Shown one piece after another: positions 1-9,547 of a DNA stretch of 64,000 nucleotides; position 1 is the stretch's first letter; each line of letters begins with the position of its first letter. This DNA comes from a virus, in IMG/VR virus record IMGVR_UViG_3300028742_000011; one strand, given 5' to 3'. The position numbers and the translations under genes were made by a program. The notes beneath the pieces are model-generated. The model was given only the letters and a program-made list of their open reading frames with translations. It was not told where the DNA came from and did no database searches.

Positions 1-366
1 GGCCGCCTGCGGCAAGAGCTGAGAGACTGGAAGCGCCAGAACGTAATCGATACGGCCCGGTTGTGCGAACTACGCACTGAGCTGGAAGACGCACGCAGCA
101 AGGTCATCCCCGGCAATGAGTTCGTACAGAAGCTAGATCGCAAGATTGTGCAAAATCTTTCGAGTGACATCTACAAATACCATCTCCTTCACACCGCTGG
201 GTTCAAGCAGAGGGTCGATGAGCTGTTCCCTAACGAGGAGTACGTTCATCCTTTCGAACCGACTCACCCGGATGTACAAGTGGCCACGTTACTCTTCACA
301 GGACCGGAGAAAGTCGAGTTGGCGATTCAACAGGTACCGGAAGGTATCTTGGAGGCAAAACTGTAA
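1..366 (+). CDS. Hypothetical protein, 5'-truncated at the window edge
   Basis: The frame is open from nt 1 with no upstream stop, so the listed TTG at 61 is probably internal. No recognisable motif. Confidence 0.4.
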   Translation, partial: GRLRQELRDWKRQNVIDTARLCELRTELEDARSKVIPGNEFVQKLDRKIVQNLSSDIYKYHLLHTAGFKQRVDELFPNEEYVHPFEPTHPDVQVATLLFTGPEKVELAIQQVPEGILEAKL

Positions 367-758
367 TGAGACCTTGGATTGGGGTAGACTTGGACGGCAC
401 CTTGGCACGCTATGAGACGTTTGTTAGTCCTACACACATCGGTGAACCTATACCACTGATGGTTGAGCGTGTCAAGTCATGGTTGAGGTTCGGGTTTCAG
501 GTAAAGATCATGACGGCCCGCGTGTACGCTCCCTCTCTCACCGACAACGTGAGCGAGAAAGAGTTCCACAAGCGCAACCTAGACGCCCGCCGCGCACGCA
601 AGGCTATCGAGGAGTGGTGTGCCCTACACATCGGGTACACGCTCGAAGTCACTTGCACGAAAGACTATGGGATGCTTGAGCTGTACGATGACCGTGCTGT
701 GCAGGTCGAGAAGAACACTGGCCGGTTGGTAGGATACACTACACGTGCCACTACCTAG
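366..758 (+). CDS. HAD-superfamily phosphatase (small nucleotidase / polynucleotide 3'-phosphatase-like)
   Basis: N-terminal IGVDLDGTLA is the HAD motif I (DxDGT). KIMTAR fits motif II (S/T). The start overlaps the upstream stop (ATGA). Confidence 0.55.
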   Translation: MRPWIGVDLDGTLARYETFVSPTHIGEPIPLMVERVKSWLRFGFQVKIMTARVYAPSLTDNVSEKEFHKRNLDARRARKAIEEWCALHIGYTLEVTCTKDYGMLELYDDRAVQVEKNTGRLVGYTTRATT

Positions 759-1017
759 ACGCATATCAATAGCTTGCTTTCAAAGAGACGGGTGGAAGTG
801 TCGTCACTGCAATAGCAGAAACGGCCTCCACCCGCATCATTTGATCTACCAGTCCCACGGCGGCCCGGACGATCTATGGAACCTGCTGACGCTCTGTGCG
901 GGCTGCCACCGCGCTCACCATGACGGCTTCCTCGACATCGAGTGGACGATACTTGACGCAGGCCCGAGGCCCGAGGTACAATTCATCAGGCGTAAAGGAT
1001 GGAAACCAACATGGTAG
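745..1017 (+). CDS. HNH endonuclease
   Basis: CRHCNSRNGLHPHHLIYQSHGGPDDLWNLLTLCAGCHRAHH shows the zinc-knuckle Cys pairs plus the HH...N...H HNH core. Confidence 0.7.
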   Translation: MPLPRRISIACFQRDGWKCRHCNSRNGLHPHHLIYQSHGGPDDLWNLLTLCAGCHRAHHDGFLDIEWTILDAGPRPEVQFIRRKGWKPTW

Positions 1018-1027
1018 GTAATGACTA

Positions 1028-1351
1028 ATGAATCGACAGTACTGGGATACAACTCTCCCCGTGGACCGAAGGACAACCGTTCTACTAACCAAGGGAGCAG
1101 TCCCAACTCTGACGCGAGAGAATAACCCGCGCTCCGTGCTCCTGCACACTCTCCTCGACATGGAGAAGCAGAAGGACCGGATAGACCTTGAAGAGAGACA
1201 CTTCATGGTCGTCGCAGCCGGTGCGAAGGAACCCCAAGGCTACACGTACGTGGGTACCGCAGTTCCGAAGAACAGGAACAGCACTGTCTGGCTCGTCTTT
1301 GAGGACGCGAAGAACACCGGAGTAAATGCCGTACCGACCATACCAATCTGA
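1028..1351 (+). CDS. Hypothetical protein
   Basis: ORF in line with the gene array. No motif recognised. Confidence 0.35.
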   Translation: MNRQYWDTTLPVDRRTTVLLTKGAVPTLTRENNPRSVLLHTLLDMEKQKDRIDLEERHFMVVAAGAKEPQGYTYVGTAVPKNRNSTVWLVFEDAKNTGVNAVPTIPI

Positions 1352-2975
1352 GATGCACGAGGCCAGCATCAAGGCTTACGATGCTGGGATTCACTTACAA
1401 CTCATCAGTGCGGCGACCGGGACTGGTAAGACGCAGACCTTCGCTGGCATCCCTGACGTATTTCGTTCGCGTCTCCCCGGCCAGATGCTTGTGCTGGCGC
1501 ACCGCGAAGAGCTGATCGATCAGGGCATCAAGAAGATCAAAGAGGTGAACCCACACCTTACCGTTACGAAAGAGATGGCGGGCGACATAGGCGACGTGAA
1601 TGCTGACGTGATCGTCGGATCGGTCGCTACACTGGGCAACAAGAACTCTGTCCGAGGGGAACGGTTCCCTTGGCACAACATCGACAAGATCATCACGGAC
1701 GAGGCACACCATGCAACATCTGACACTTATCGGACAGTTTATTCTCTTGCTGATGTTCTTCGTCCTGATACACATAAACTCCATCTTGGAGTTACCGCGA
1801 CTCCTCAGAGGGCTGACGGCAAAGCTCTCGCAGAGATTTTCAAGCGAATTATTTACGAGTATTCCCTACGCAGGGCGGTTGAAGAGGGCTATCTCGTCGA
1901 GCCTCATGGCATCCGAATCAAGACGAACACAAGCCTCTCAGAAGCCAAGTCTTCCAATGGCGATTACTCTGCCAGCTCTCTCGCAGCCATCATCAACAAC
2001 CCCGAGCGAAATCAACTCGTCGTCAAGGCATGGCTCGACCACGGTCAAAACCGTAGGACAATTGGTTTCACTGCTGACATCCAGCACGCCTTGGATTTGG
2101 TGGCGATGTTCAAATACTATGGAGTCAAGGCTGAAGCTATCTGGGGGGATGACCCGGAGAGAAAGGCTAAGATCGCTAGGCACCAGAGTGGCGAGACCAC
2201 AATCCTTCTCAACTGTGGCGTGCTCACGGAGGGGTACGACGACCCGGCGATTGGCTGCATTCTACTCGCTCGACCCACAAAATCGGGAGTACTCTACTGT
2301 CAAATGGTCGGTCGAGGGACGAGACTATTTATCGGGAAGACCGATTGCATCGTCATTGACGTGGTTGACTCGACGGCGAAGAACTCGCTTCTCACCCTAC
2401 CGACACTTCTCGGTCTCTCCACCACACTTGACCTAAAGGGCAGAGGTGTGCTATGGGCCGCACGGCAATTGGAAGAGGCGGCGAAGGACTATCCACAGAT
2501 CGACTTCTCGAAGCTCGTAGACATCGACTCCATAACATCTCATATCGAGTCTGTCAACCTGTTTGAAGTGAAGTTCCCTGAGGAGGTGCAGACCAACTCA
2601 GAGCTTACGTGGTACACGTCACCCACAGGTGGGTACATCCTGAAGCTGCCGGGTGAGTACTGGCAGAAAGATAAAGTCACCATCGATCAGAATCTACTTG
2701 ACAAGTGGGAGGTCATCGGTGATATAAAGGGATTGCGTTACCGTGGTGAGCGCGACACAATGGAGGAAGCCTTCCGTGCCGCAGACAAGCTCATTGACGA
2801 TAAGATACCTGAAGCGTTGAATCTCCTGAAGCAAAAGGCCGGGTGGCACGACAGGCCCGCGACCGAGCCTCAGAAGAAAGCCATCAAGCGGTACTACCCC
2901 GGAAGGGCTATACCGCACGACCTAACTAACGGCGCGGCCTCCCGCCTGATTGGACTGGCCAAAGCGAGAAAGTAG
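1326..2975 (+). CDS. Superfamily-2 DEAD/DEAH-box DNA helicase
   Basis: Walker A is AATGTGKT and motif II is DEAHH. The helicase C-domain carries TEGYDDP and QMVGRGTR (motif VI). Confidence 0.8.
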   Translation: MPYRPYQSEMHEASIKAYDAGIHLQLISAATGTGKTQTFAGIPDVFRSRLPGQMLVLAHREELIDQGIKKIKEVNPHLTVTKEMAGDIGDVNADVIVGSVATLGNKNSVRGERFPWHNIDKIITDEAHHATSDTYRTVYSLADVLRPDTHKLHLGVTATPQRADGKALAEIFKRIIYEYSLRRAVEEGYLVEPHGIRIKTNTSLSEAKSSNGDYSASSLAAIINNPERNQLVVKAWLDHGQNRRTIGFTADIQHALDLVAMFKYYGVKAEAIWGDDPERKAKIARHQSGETTILLNCGVLTEGYDDPAIGCILLARPTKSGVLYCQMVGRGTRLFIGKTDCIVIDVVDSTAKNSLLTLPTLLGLSTTLDLKGRGVLWAARQLEEAAKDYPQIDFSKLVDIDSITSHIESVNLFEVKFPEEVQTNSELTWYTSPTGGYILKLPGEYWQKDKVTIDQNLLDKWEVIGDIKGLRYRGERDTMEEAFRAADKLIDDKIPEALNLLKQKAGWHDRPATEPQKKAIKRYYPGRAIPHDLTNGAASRLIGLAKARK

Positions 2976-3292
2976 TGTCAAAGCCCAAGATTTACGAACT
3001 CTCGAAAGAACAGAACGACGCGATGGGCAGTCTTGCTAACGGGAAGAGTCCGATCAAGATTGCCGTCGAGCCTAACCCTGAGGATGACCAAGAGACAAAA
3101 GATCGCTTGACAAAAGTACTCGGACAGTGCGACGATCTAGTCAAGCTTGGATTCATCAAAGACATCACGAACAAGTACGCAGAGGACGTAGCGATATCGA
3201 AGCTCAAGACTGGGCGCGGCATCAAGATGTTCCTCATCACCGATGTGGGCTACGATATGTTTCACGGCCCTAAGAACCCCACGATCCACTAA
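2975..3292 (+). CDS. Hypothetical protein
   Basis: ORF coupled to the helicase stop (ATGA overlap) and acidic. No motif. Confidence 0.4.
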   Translation: MSKPKIYELSKEQNDAMGSLANGKSPIKIAVEPNPEDDQETKDRLTKVLGQCDDLVKLGFIKDITNKYAEDVAISKLKTGRGIKMFLITDVGYDMFHGPKNPTIH

Positions 3293-3303
3293 CCTGCAAA
3301 GGA
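3287..3303 (+). promoter_or_regulatory. Conserved 17-nt motif CACTAACCTGCAAAGGA (RBS-containing) 5 nt upstream of ATG 3309
   Basis: Identical 17-mer with identical spacing recurs at 5090..5106 upstream of ATG 5112. It contains AAAGGA. Confidence 0.5.
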
Positions 3304-3308
3304 CGCCC

Positions 3309-4589
3309 ATGATTACGAACCAGTCTGACCTCGACGCCGTACTTGGAGAAGGTGCATCCAATACCATTCTCGGGTACAACACTATCCTTGACCGCCGCGA
3401 CATCCCCGAGCCGAAGAAGGCCAACCATCAGGCCAAGATCGTGAAGATCGAAGCCCTCCTGCCCCACACCAATGCCGACTCCCTCTCCCTCGTTCAGATC
3501 GATGGCTTCCAAGTCGTCGTGCGTAAGGGTCAGTTCCATCCGGGTGATCTGGGCGTCTACATCCAGCCAGACTCCATCGTGCCCCAAACCGAGGCGTTCA
3601 AGTTCATCTGGGAAGCGTACGTCGGCCTCGACGGTACGGTGCCTGAGAACAGACGGCGTATCACGGTACGCAAGTTCCGCAAGGAGTGGAGCGAAGGTCT
3701 CTTGCTTCCTCTCACTGACTTCACTGAGCTGACGGACGGCGCGACCGGCGCGGTCGATCCTTTCTGGAACGCACCGGGTCTGGACATCTCCGACATCATC
3801 GGTGTGACACACTACGATCCCGATGTCGTCGAGAACACACAGGGAGCCAAGGCGTCGAGTGCCAACTCACCGCGCCGAAAGTTCCGGTACCCACGTACTC
3901 TCCGTGGCTGGTTCCATCTCATCAAGCGTATCATCGCTGGGCGCTCGTTGCGTGAGACGACCAAAGACGTGTCGTTCAGCATCCCCGTCTTCGACGTGGA
4001 GGGCTTCAAGAACTACCCGAACACGTTCGAGGAGAACGAGCAGGTAGTTGTTACTGAGAAGGTCCACGGATCGAATGCGCGGTTCATCGCCATCGATGGT
4101 GAAATCTTCGTGGGTTCCCGTAACCAGTGGAAGGCCGACAACGGTTCGACCGTCTGGCACAAGGTTCTCAAACAGAACGAAGACCTGACGCGCTGGCTGC
4201 TTGAGCACCCCGGCCATGCAATCTACGGAGAGGTGACACCTACCCAGAAGAACTTCCCGTACGGGCCGAAGGACGATGCTGTGGAGGGTGAGGTTCGGTT
4301 CTTTGCCTTCGACATCCTGACCCCGCAACGCGAGTGGATGGACTACGGTTCCTTTAGCTTCTCTCTGCTGTCGTACCCCGGCATCGAGATGGCACCCCTC
4401 CTGTACCTTGGGCCGTACAACAAAGACAAGATCATGACGCTGGTGGATGGACCTTCATGGGTCTACCGTGCTAACCACATCCGCGAGGGTGTCGTCATCA
4501 AGGCCACCAAGGAGCGCACGGTTCGAGGACTGGGCCGAGCGATGCTAAAAATCGTGTCGAACACTTTCTTAGAGGGTGACTCTAAGTAA
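3309..4589 (+). CDS. RNA ligase: Rnl2-like nucleotidyltransferase with an N-terminal tRNA-binding (Myf/EMAP-like OB) domain
   Basis: Nucleotidyltransferase motif I is VTEKVHGSN, matching KxHGxN of T4 Rnl2-type ligases. N-terminal KIVKIEALLPHTNADSLSLVQIDG...GDLGVYIQPDS resembles tRNA_bind OB domains. The start is moved to Met 3309 because of the conserved upstream motif. Confidence 0.6.
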   Translation: MITNQSDLDAVLGEGASNTILGYNTILDRRDIPEPKKANHQAKIVKIEALLPHTNADSLSLVQIDGFQVVVRKGQFHPGDLGVYIQPDSIVPQTEAFKFIWEAYVGLDGTVPENRRRITVRKFRKEWSEGLLLPLTDFTELTDGATGAVDPFWNAPGLDISDIIGVTHYDPDVVENTQGAKASSANSPRRKFRYPRTLRGWFHLIKRIIAGRSLRETTKDVSFSIPVFDVEGFKNYPNTFEENEQVVVTEKVHGSNARFIAIDGEIFVGSRNQWKADNGSTVWHKVLKQNEDLTRWLLEHPGHAIYGEVTPTQKNFPYGPKDDAVEGEVRFFAFDILTPQREWMDYGSFSFSLLSYPGIEMAPLLYLGPYNKDKIMTLVDGPSWVYRANHIREGVVIKATKERTVRGLGRAMLKIVSNTFLEGDSK

Positions 4590-4631
4590 CGAGATCGTCC
4601 TCGGGGTAGCAGTCAATAAGCCTTATACAGA

Positions 4632-5078
4632 ATGGATGAAGACTGCACCCCGCAGGCTCGATGGGCTGATAAGCTAATTGGTAAACTGTCTGCCTCCAAA
4701 GCAGAACTTCTTCGTTCGAGTCGAAGTCGGCCCGCCATTAGAAAGGTTCCTATGAGTAAAGCTGAGAGCATCGCCAATTTCGCGGTAGACACCGATGGCA
4801 AAGAAGTCCCCATCAGGTACAAGGCCGCCGAGCTTGTCAACCATCCTGCACCTACGGGTTACATCTGGCAGCGTCGAAACACTTACGATGAAGGCGCTCA
4901 GGAGTACATCAACAAGATCGAGAATGAGAAGGACTTTGGAGAAGGCTTCAACCCTGAGTCCATCCGCAAGTGGAAGGATCGCATCATTGCCAAACAGAGT
5001 AAGTCCTTAGAGGGTTTGAAGAGAGACGACCCGAACAAATACCACGCCAGTGATTACTACATCGCGGTGACTCACTAA
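4632..5078 (+). CDS. Hypothetical protein
   Basis: ORF only. Confidence 0.35.
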   Translation: MDEDCTPQARWADKLIGKLSASKAELLRSSRSRPAIRKVPMSKAESIANFAVDTDGKEVPIRYKAAELVNHPAPTGYIWQRRNTYDEGAQEYINKIENEKDFGEGFNPESIRKWKDRIIAKQSKSLEGLKRDDPNKYHASDYYIAVTH

Positions 5079-5089
5079 CAACTGTGATA

Positions 5090-5106
5090 CACTAACCTGC
5101 AAAGGA
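5090..5106 (+). promoter_or_regulatory. Second copy of CACTAACCTGCAAAGGA motif upstream of ATG 5112
   Basis: Exact repeat of 3287..3303. Confidence 0.5.
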
Positions 5107-5111
5107 GTCAC

Positions 5112-5306
5112 ATGAACAACGTATCGTGTACGACCGCCCCCGCCGACCGTCAGGCCGGTAGCACCGACTGCCAATACATCGAAGAACTCAAAGAGCTGCT
5201 GGTCGAGCGTGGTAACTGGATTGCCCGCGCCAAGACGATCTTGCAGGCTGCCCGAGACAGCGATCTTGTCTGCGTTCCTCAGGGGTTTATCAATGAGTGT
5301 CAGTAA
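5112..5306 (+). CDS. Hypothetical small protein
   Basis: Preceded by the conserved RBS motif. Confidence 0.4.
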   Translation: MNNVSCTTAPADRQAGSTDCQYIEELKELLVERGNWIARAKTILQAARDSDLVCVPQGFINECQ

Positions 5307-6375
5307 CCCGGCTACGAGCCTCTACGACCTTTGTGAGCACTGCGGGCACCTGTATAAGGTCCACTTCGACTCCAAGTGCGGACACCTTCACCATGACGCC
5401 GATGAAAACCTGCCCCTCGGCCAGTGTTCTTGCCCCGGCTTCTCCAAGAAGCAGGAGCTAATGCTGAACCCCTGCGCCGAGATTGACTTGGGTACTGGCT
5501 TACCGGTTGAGATAGATGTACCTGAGATGCCGTTTCCTGAGGCTCCAGAGGGGGTACAAGGCGTCGTTGACCCTGAGACGGGGGTTACCACTATCCCTTT
5601 CCCCACAGACGCTTCTATGACCTTTGAGCCTAAGGCCCTGTCTTGGGAGCAAGACCTTGCCCGGATGTGTATCTGCGGCCACACTAAGGGCAGGCACACT
5701 CAGATTTTGACCCACGAAGATGGAAAGGTGACCGGGGGCATCTGTTGTGCCACAGCGTCCACTAAGGATTATTCTTACTGCCCGTCCAAGTGCCAGAAAT
5801 TCACCGAAGTGGTCACGCTGGTTATCGAGACGGACCCTAATGGGGCTGCGAAGATGGCGGCACTGAAAGACAACGCTCCCATCGTGCTGATGAATCAAGG
5901 ACCGAATGCAGGCAAGTACAAGCATCTCATCATGGACGACGTGGTGGGGTTCGGGAAGACGACCTCAGGGAAGCCACCGCTGACAAAGGACATACACAAG
6001 TCCGTGATGTTCGGTCTGGGCTATGGTAAGTCCTTGACAATGAGCGACCTAGATTACGGTATGTTTCACGACGAGATGTACCTCTACAACAAGAAGCCGA
6101 AGATATTAGAGCACTCCGAAGGACAGTTGGAGGGCGTGGCCAACTGGCTCTGGAAGGCCGGGGGTATCAAGAAGACTTTTATCCAAGGTCACGACCTACG
6201 GGATATATGTATCGCGTACGCTGCTGAGGCGATGCGGGAGATGACCGAGAACTTCGACTCCAACGTGGAGAAGGCCGTGCAGAAGCGGATGGCCTTCGAG
6301 AAGAAACAACACAAAGACAAGTGCATCCCGTCGTACAAGAAGAATGGCCGTAAGTTCCGCGATGACAACGGTTGA
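5293..6375 (+). CDS. Hypothetical Cys/His-rich (zinc-finger-like) protein
   Basis: Start is placed at the internal Met after a GGGG RBS. CEHCGH...CGHLHH...CSCPGF cluster. No catalytic motif recognised. Confidence 0.45.
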   Translation: MSVSNPATSLYDLCEHCGHLYKVHFDSKCGHLHHDADENLPLGQCSCPGFSKKQELMLNPCAEIDLGTGLPVEIDVPEMPFPEAPEGVQGVVDPETGVTTIPFPTDASMTFEPKALSWEQDLARMCICGHTKGRHTQILTHEDGKVTGGICCATASTKDYSYCPSKCQKFTEVVTLVIETDPNGAAKMAALKDNAPIVLMNQGPNAGKYKHLIMDDVVGFGKTTSGKPPLTKDIHKSVMFGLGYGKSLTMSDLDYGMFHDEMYLYNKKPKILEHSEGQLEGVANWLWKAGGIKKTFIQGHDLRDICIAYAAEAMREMTENFDSNVEKAVQKRMAFEKKQHKDKCIPSYKKNGRKFRDDNG

Positions 6376-6400
6376 CAACCTAAAGCTTTAGTGTTACACT
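6372..6400 (+). promoter_or_regulatory. Promoter TTGACA-N17-TACACT
   Basis: Exact -35 TTGACA (6372-6377), a 17-nt spacer and -10 TACACT (6395-6400), upstream of the primase-helicase. Confidence 0.55.
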
Positions 6401-6462
6401 AGGTTCATAAGTCATTGGAAGTAAACACCCGTAAGGCGTGGGTGAATATATACAGGAGTTGA

Positions 6463-8487
6463 GTGAAGATACCGGAAGCGTTCACTGGCTCACAGGCGAT
6501 GCAGCTTGTGGTCAGTCAGGGTTGGAAGTACAGAGAAGTATCTAGTCCCAAGATCGAAATCGAGAGATGCCCGTATTGCAAGAAGGACGGGTTCCATTTA
6601 GGCATGGAGATTCATGGGGCCGGGAGTGGGCAGACAAACAGGGACGGTCTGCATGGGTGCGTACACTGTGGCAAGGGTGGTAACCTTTACACACTGAAGC
6701 AGCATTTAGGAATCGTACAGGCGAACATCGAGAGCCGCAGGGACTCGGGTAGTTCTGGGGAGAATAAGAAGCAAGAGGAGCTGCCGGATACGGAAGCGTG
6801 CCACGAAGCACTGCTGGCCGACGAAGCTGCTCTGGACTATCTGGTCAACGGTCGTGGCTTCTCGATGGACGTTATCGGGAAGATGAAGCTGGGCCTTGTG
6901 GAGAAGAGGTTCTTCCGAGGTGTAGGTGAAGTGCGGGCGCTCGTGTACCCGTACATGGTCAACGGCAACACAGTGTTCTGCCACTATCGAACGCTGCCGA
7001 CGATGCCACTGTCTGAGAACTTGGTACCCAAGGCGTTCAGTTCGCCAACAGGATGGCCGGTTCCGTTGTACAATGGTGAAATCCTCAACGATCAGAATCT
7101 CACTGAGGCGACGTTCGTAGAGGGTGAGCCGGACGTAATCTGCGCGATTGACCACGGCGTAAAGAACATCTGCGGCGTGCCGGGTGCAAACTTCAAGAAG
7201 GCCGAGTGGATCGATTCCCTCGACAGACTGGACAAGGTTTATGTCTGCTACGACAAAGATGCGGTGGGCCAGAAGGCTGCGCAGGAACTCGCTAATCGCA
7301 TTGGAATCGAGAAGTGCTGGAAGATTATTCTGCCGGACTTTCAGGTTACGACCGAAAAGGGTGAGCAGCGAAATGGCAAAGACCTGAACGAGTGGTTCAC
7401 ACAAGGCGGAGGAACGCCTGAGGCATTCGAGAAGCTGAAGGAAGAAGCTCAGCTCTTCGACGTGGCCGGTGTAGCGTCCTCTAAAGACTCCATGCAGGAG
7501 TTCTACGACGAACTTGAGGGGAAGACAACATTAGAGCCAAAGTACAAGACGCAATGGCCATCGCTGAACAAGCTGGTAGGGTTCGAAGATGGGGACGTGA
7601 TCGATATCCTAGCACCGGAGAAGATCGGAAAGACTACGTTCGCCTTGAATCTGATGGACCACATGGTTTCAGCATACGGCGAGGACGGGGTTTTTATCTG
7701 CTTGGAGATGACTCGCGCTCGTATGGCACGCAAGTGGGTCTCTTATCTTGGGCAGGTAGCTGACAACATTCCGAAGTCGGTGGAAGAGGGTGAAGCTCTC
7801 AAGGCCGCCTTCATGGAAGCGAGGTCAACTGTACAGGCTATCACAGCAGCACGTGAGGGTGATCTGTACTTCTGCTATCCCAAGTACAAGTCGGTCGAGG
7901 ACATCTATGGTCTGATCCGTGACGTGATCCGCCGCTATGGTGCGAAGTGGATTTGTATCGACAACATTCATCGTCTGGCAGACTCAACACCCTACGACAA
8001 CAGAACGCAGCACCTCTCACAGATATCGAAGATCACGAGTCAGATCGCCAAGGACTACGGTGTGAAGCTGGTACGCATTCTCCAGCCGAACCGTATCAAG
8101 GCCGGGGCAATCGTCTCATCGGATAACACGGATGGTTCGTCTCAGATCGCAAAGGACTGCGACTGCACGATCACCCTTCACCGTACGAAGCTGGGAGAGC
8201 TTAGTGCAGACGACTTCGAGAAGATCGGATATGTGGAACAGGAAGCTGCCTTCGGTGAGGATGTTCTTACTGGCGTGCCTCTATCACGCTATTCGAGTGG
8301 CGGCTACTGTACGCTTCACGTCAACGGGGAGACCAGTACGTTCATGGAGAAGAACGAAGGCCAGATCGCAAAGATGAAGGCTGACTCCAACAAGAACGTG
8401 GGTCACGAAAACCAGTTGGCTAATCTGGGCGTCGTCCTCAAGAAGGACTACACTGGCGAAGTTCCGATGGGAGATGTGGTCTTCTAA
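6463..8487 (+). CDS. Bifunctional DNA primase/helicase (T7 gp4-like)
   Basis: N-terminal zinc-binding CPYC...HGCVHCG. TOPRIM-like EGEPDV...CYDKD. DnaB-family C-terminal domain with Walker A APEKIGKTT. Confidence 0.85.
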   Translation: MKIPEAFTGSQAMQLVVSQGWKYREVSSPKIEIERCPYCKKDGFHLGMEIHGAGSGQTNRDGLHGCVHCGKGGNLYTLKQHLGIVQANIESRRDSGSSGENKKQEELPDTEACHEALLADEAALDYLVNGRGFSMDVIGKMKLGLVEKRFFRGVGEVRALVYPYMVNGNTVFCHYRTLPTMPLSENLVPKAFSSPTGWPVPLYNGEILNDQNLTEATFVEGEPDVICAIDHGVKNICGVPGANFKKAEWIDSLDRLDKVYVCYDKDAVGQKAAQELANRIGIEKCWKIILPDFQVTTEKGEQRNGKDLNEWFTQGGGTPEAFEKLKEEAQLFDVAGVASSKDSMQEFYDELEGKTTLEPKYKTQWPSLNKLVGFEDGDVIDILAPEKIGKTTFALNLMDHMVSAYGEDGVFICLEMTRARMARKWVSYLGQVADNIPKSVEEGEALKAAFMEARSTVQAITAAREGDLYFCYPKYKSVEDIYGLIRDVIRRYGAKWICIDNIHRLADSTPYDNRTQHLSQISKITSQIAKDYGVKLVRILQPNRIKAGAIVSSDNTDGSSQIAKDCDCTITLHRTKLGELSADDFEKIGYVEQEAAFGEDVLTGVPLSRYSSGGYCTLHVNGETSTFMEKNEGQIAKMKADSNKNVGHENQLANLGVVLKKDYTGEVPMGDVVF

Positions 8488-8924
8488 TGAAAGCGTACAC
8501 TGCCCGAGAGAGGGCGAAGGATACCTACCTCCAGAAGCACTACTGCATCACTCTGGCAGAGTACAAACGAATCTGGAATCATCAGGGCGGGAAGTGTGCC
8601 ATGTGCCGCCGCCCTGAATCAGACTTCAGCAAGGGCTTCGCGGTCGATCACGATCACAAGACCGGGTTGATCCGAGGACTCCTATGCTGGTTGTGCAACA
8701 AGAAGCTGGGCAAGTTCCAAGACGATGATGTGTTGGTTCGCTCCGCTGCTGAGTATGTGACATCGCCACCGGCCACCGCCGTACTGGGTACGCCAAGGCA
8801 TAGTCATCCGGGCCGAGTAGGATCGGATAAACGAAACAAGCTGTGTGGGATTACACCCCGCAAAAAGAAGACGAAAGGACGTAGTGGCAGCAAGGGACGA
8901 GCGACCAAAGCAGTCAGGAATTGA
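8487..8924 (+). CDS. Endonuclease VII family (Holliday-junction resolvase / HNH-like)
   Basis: CAMCRR...FAVDHDHKTGLIRGLLCWLCNKKLG matches the T4 Endo VII signature DHDHxTGxxRGxLCxxCN. Confidence 0.8.
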   Translation: MKAYTARERAKDTYLQKHYCITLAEYKRIWNHQGGKCAMCRRPESDFSKGFAVDHDHKTGLIRGLLCWLCNKKLGKFQDDDVLVRSAAEYVTSPPATAVLGTPRHSHPGRVGSDKRNKLCGITPRKKKTKGRSGSKGRATKAVRN

Positions 8925-9393
8925 GAAGTACAACGAGGAGTTTCGGTTCAACAAGAACGCATTTGATGATGTCATGGGTGATCCCTATGCGCTTGAGCCG
9001 TCACTAGGCAACTACCAGAAGCTTCAACGGCGCAGCTCGATCCGAGTAGCCAACAACGAGTTCGACATGGGCAAGGCCACAAAGACACCGGGCCAGCCTA
9101 ATGTTCAGGACTTCTACTGCGACGTTGACAGATGCATCACGGATGTGCTTACGAAGGACGAACAGGTTAGGTTCACTGATACCTACATCTCCGAGTACGG
9201 CAACGTCTTCACCCCGAAGGAGCGCATGAGAATTGAGCAGAAGGTCGGAAAGCTTTTCCGTCTCCGCAAAATCTCACCCGTCTCAAAGTACTTCAACGGC
9301 GTCCGACGAGAGTCGGTTCGCGCACAAGAGAGGATGAAACGCAATGGCAGCAGCAACACTAGTCGAGCAGGACAACCAGCCCTTAGTCTCTGA
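8845..9393 (+). CDS. Hypothetical protein (true start probably downstream, near 8970)
   Basis: The ORF overlaps the Endo VII 3' end in another frame. Confidence 0.3.
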   Translation: MGLHPAKRRRKDVVAARDERPKQSGIEKYNEEFRFNKNAFDDVMGDPYALEPSLGNYQKLQRRSSIRVANNEFDMGKATKTPGQPNVQDFYCDVDRCITDVLTKDEQVRFTDTYISEYGNVFTPKERMRIEQKVGKLFRLRKISPVSKYFNGVRRESVRAQERMKRNGSSNTSRAGQPALSL

Positions 9394-9547
9394 GCTTCGC
9401 AGGCAGCTCCGGTACGAGATCAACGGTGAAGACATCACCAACCCAGAGAAGTTTGCTCTGGAGCAGAAGTTCGGGCTTACTGACCCTGTGTTACTCCAGC
9501 GGGAGCGTAACGCTATCTTCGCGGAGGAGGCTCTGGGCAATGACTGA
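9344..9547 (+). CDS. Hypothetical small protein
   Basis: ORF with an ATGA overlap to the next gene. Confidence 0.3.
   Translation: MAAATLVEQDNQPLVSELRRQLRYEINGEDITNPEKFALEQKFGLTDPVLLQRERNAIFAEEALGND

Noticed and set aside
1711-2436. 241-aa + strand ORF
   Set aside because: Alternative frame inside the helicase gene. Ser/Arg-rich translation without motifs.
3270-3812. 180-aa - strand ORF
   Set aside because: Antisense to the RNA ligase gene within a uniformly + strand operon.
6706-7404. 232-aa - strand ORF
   Set aside because: Antisense to the primase-helicase gene.
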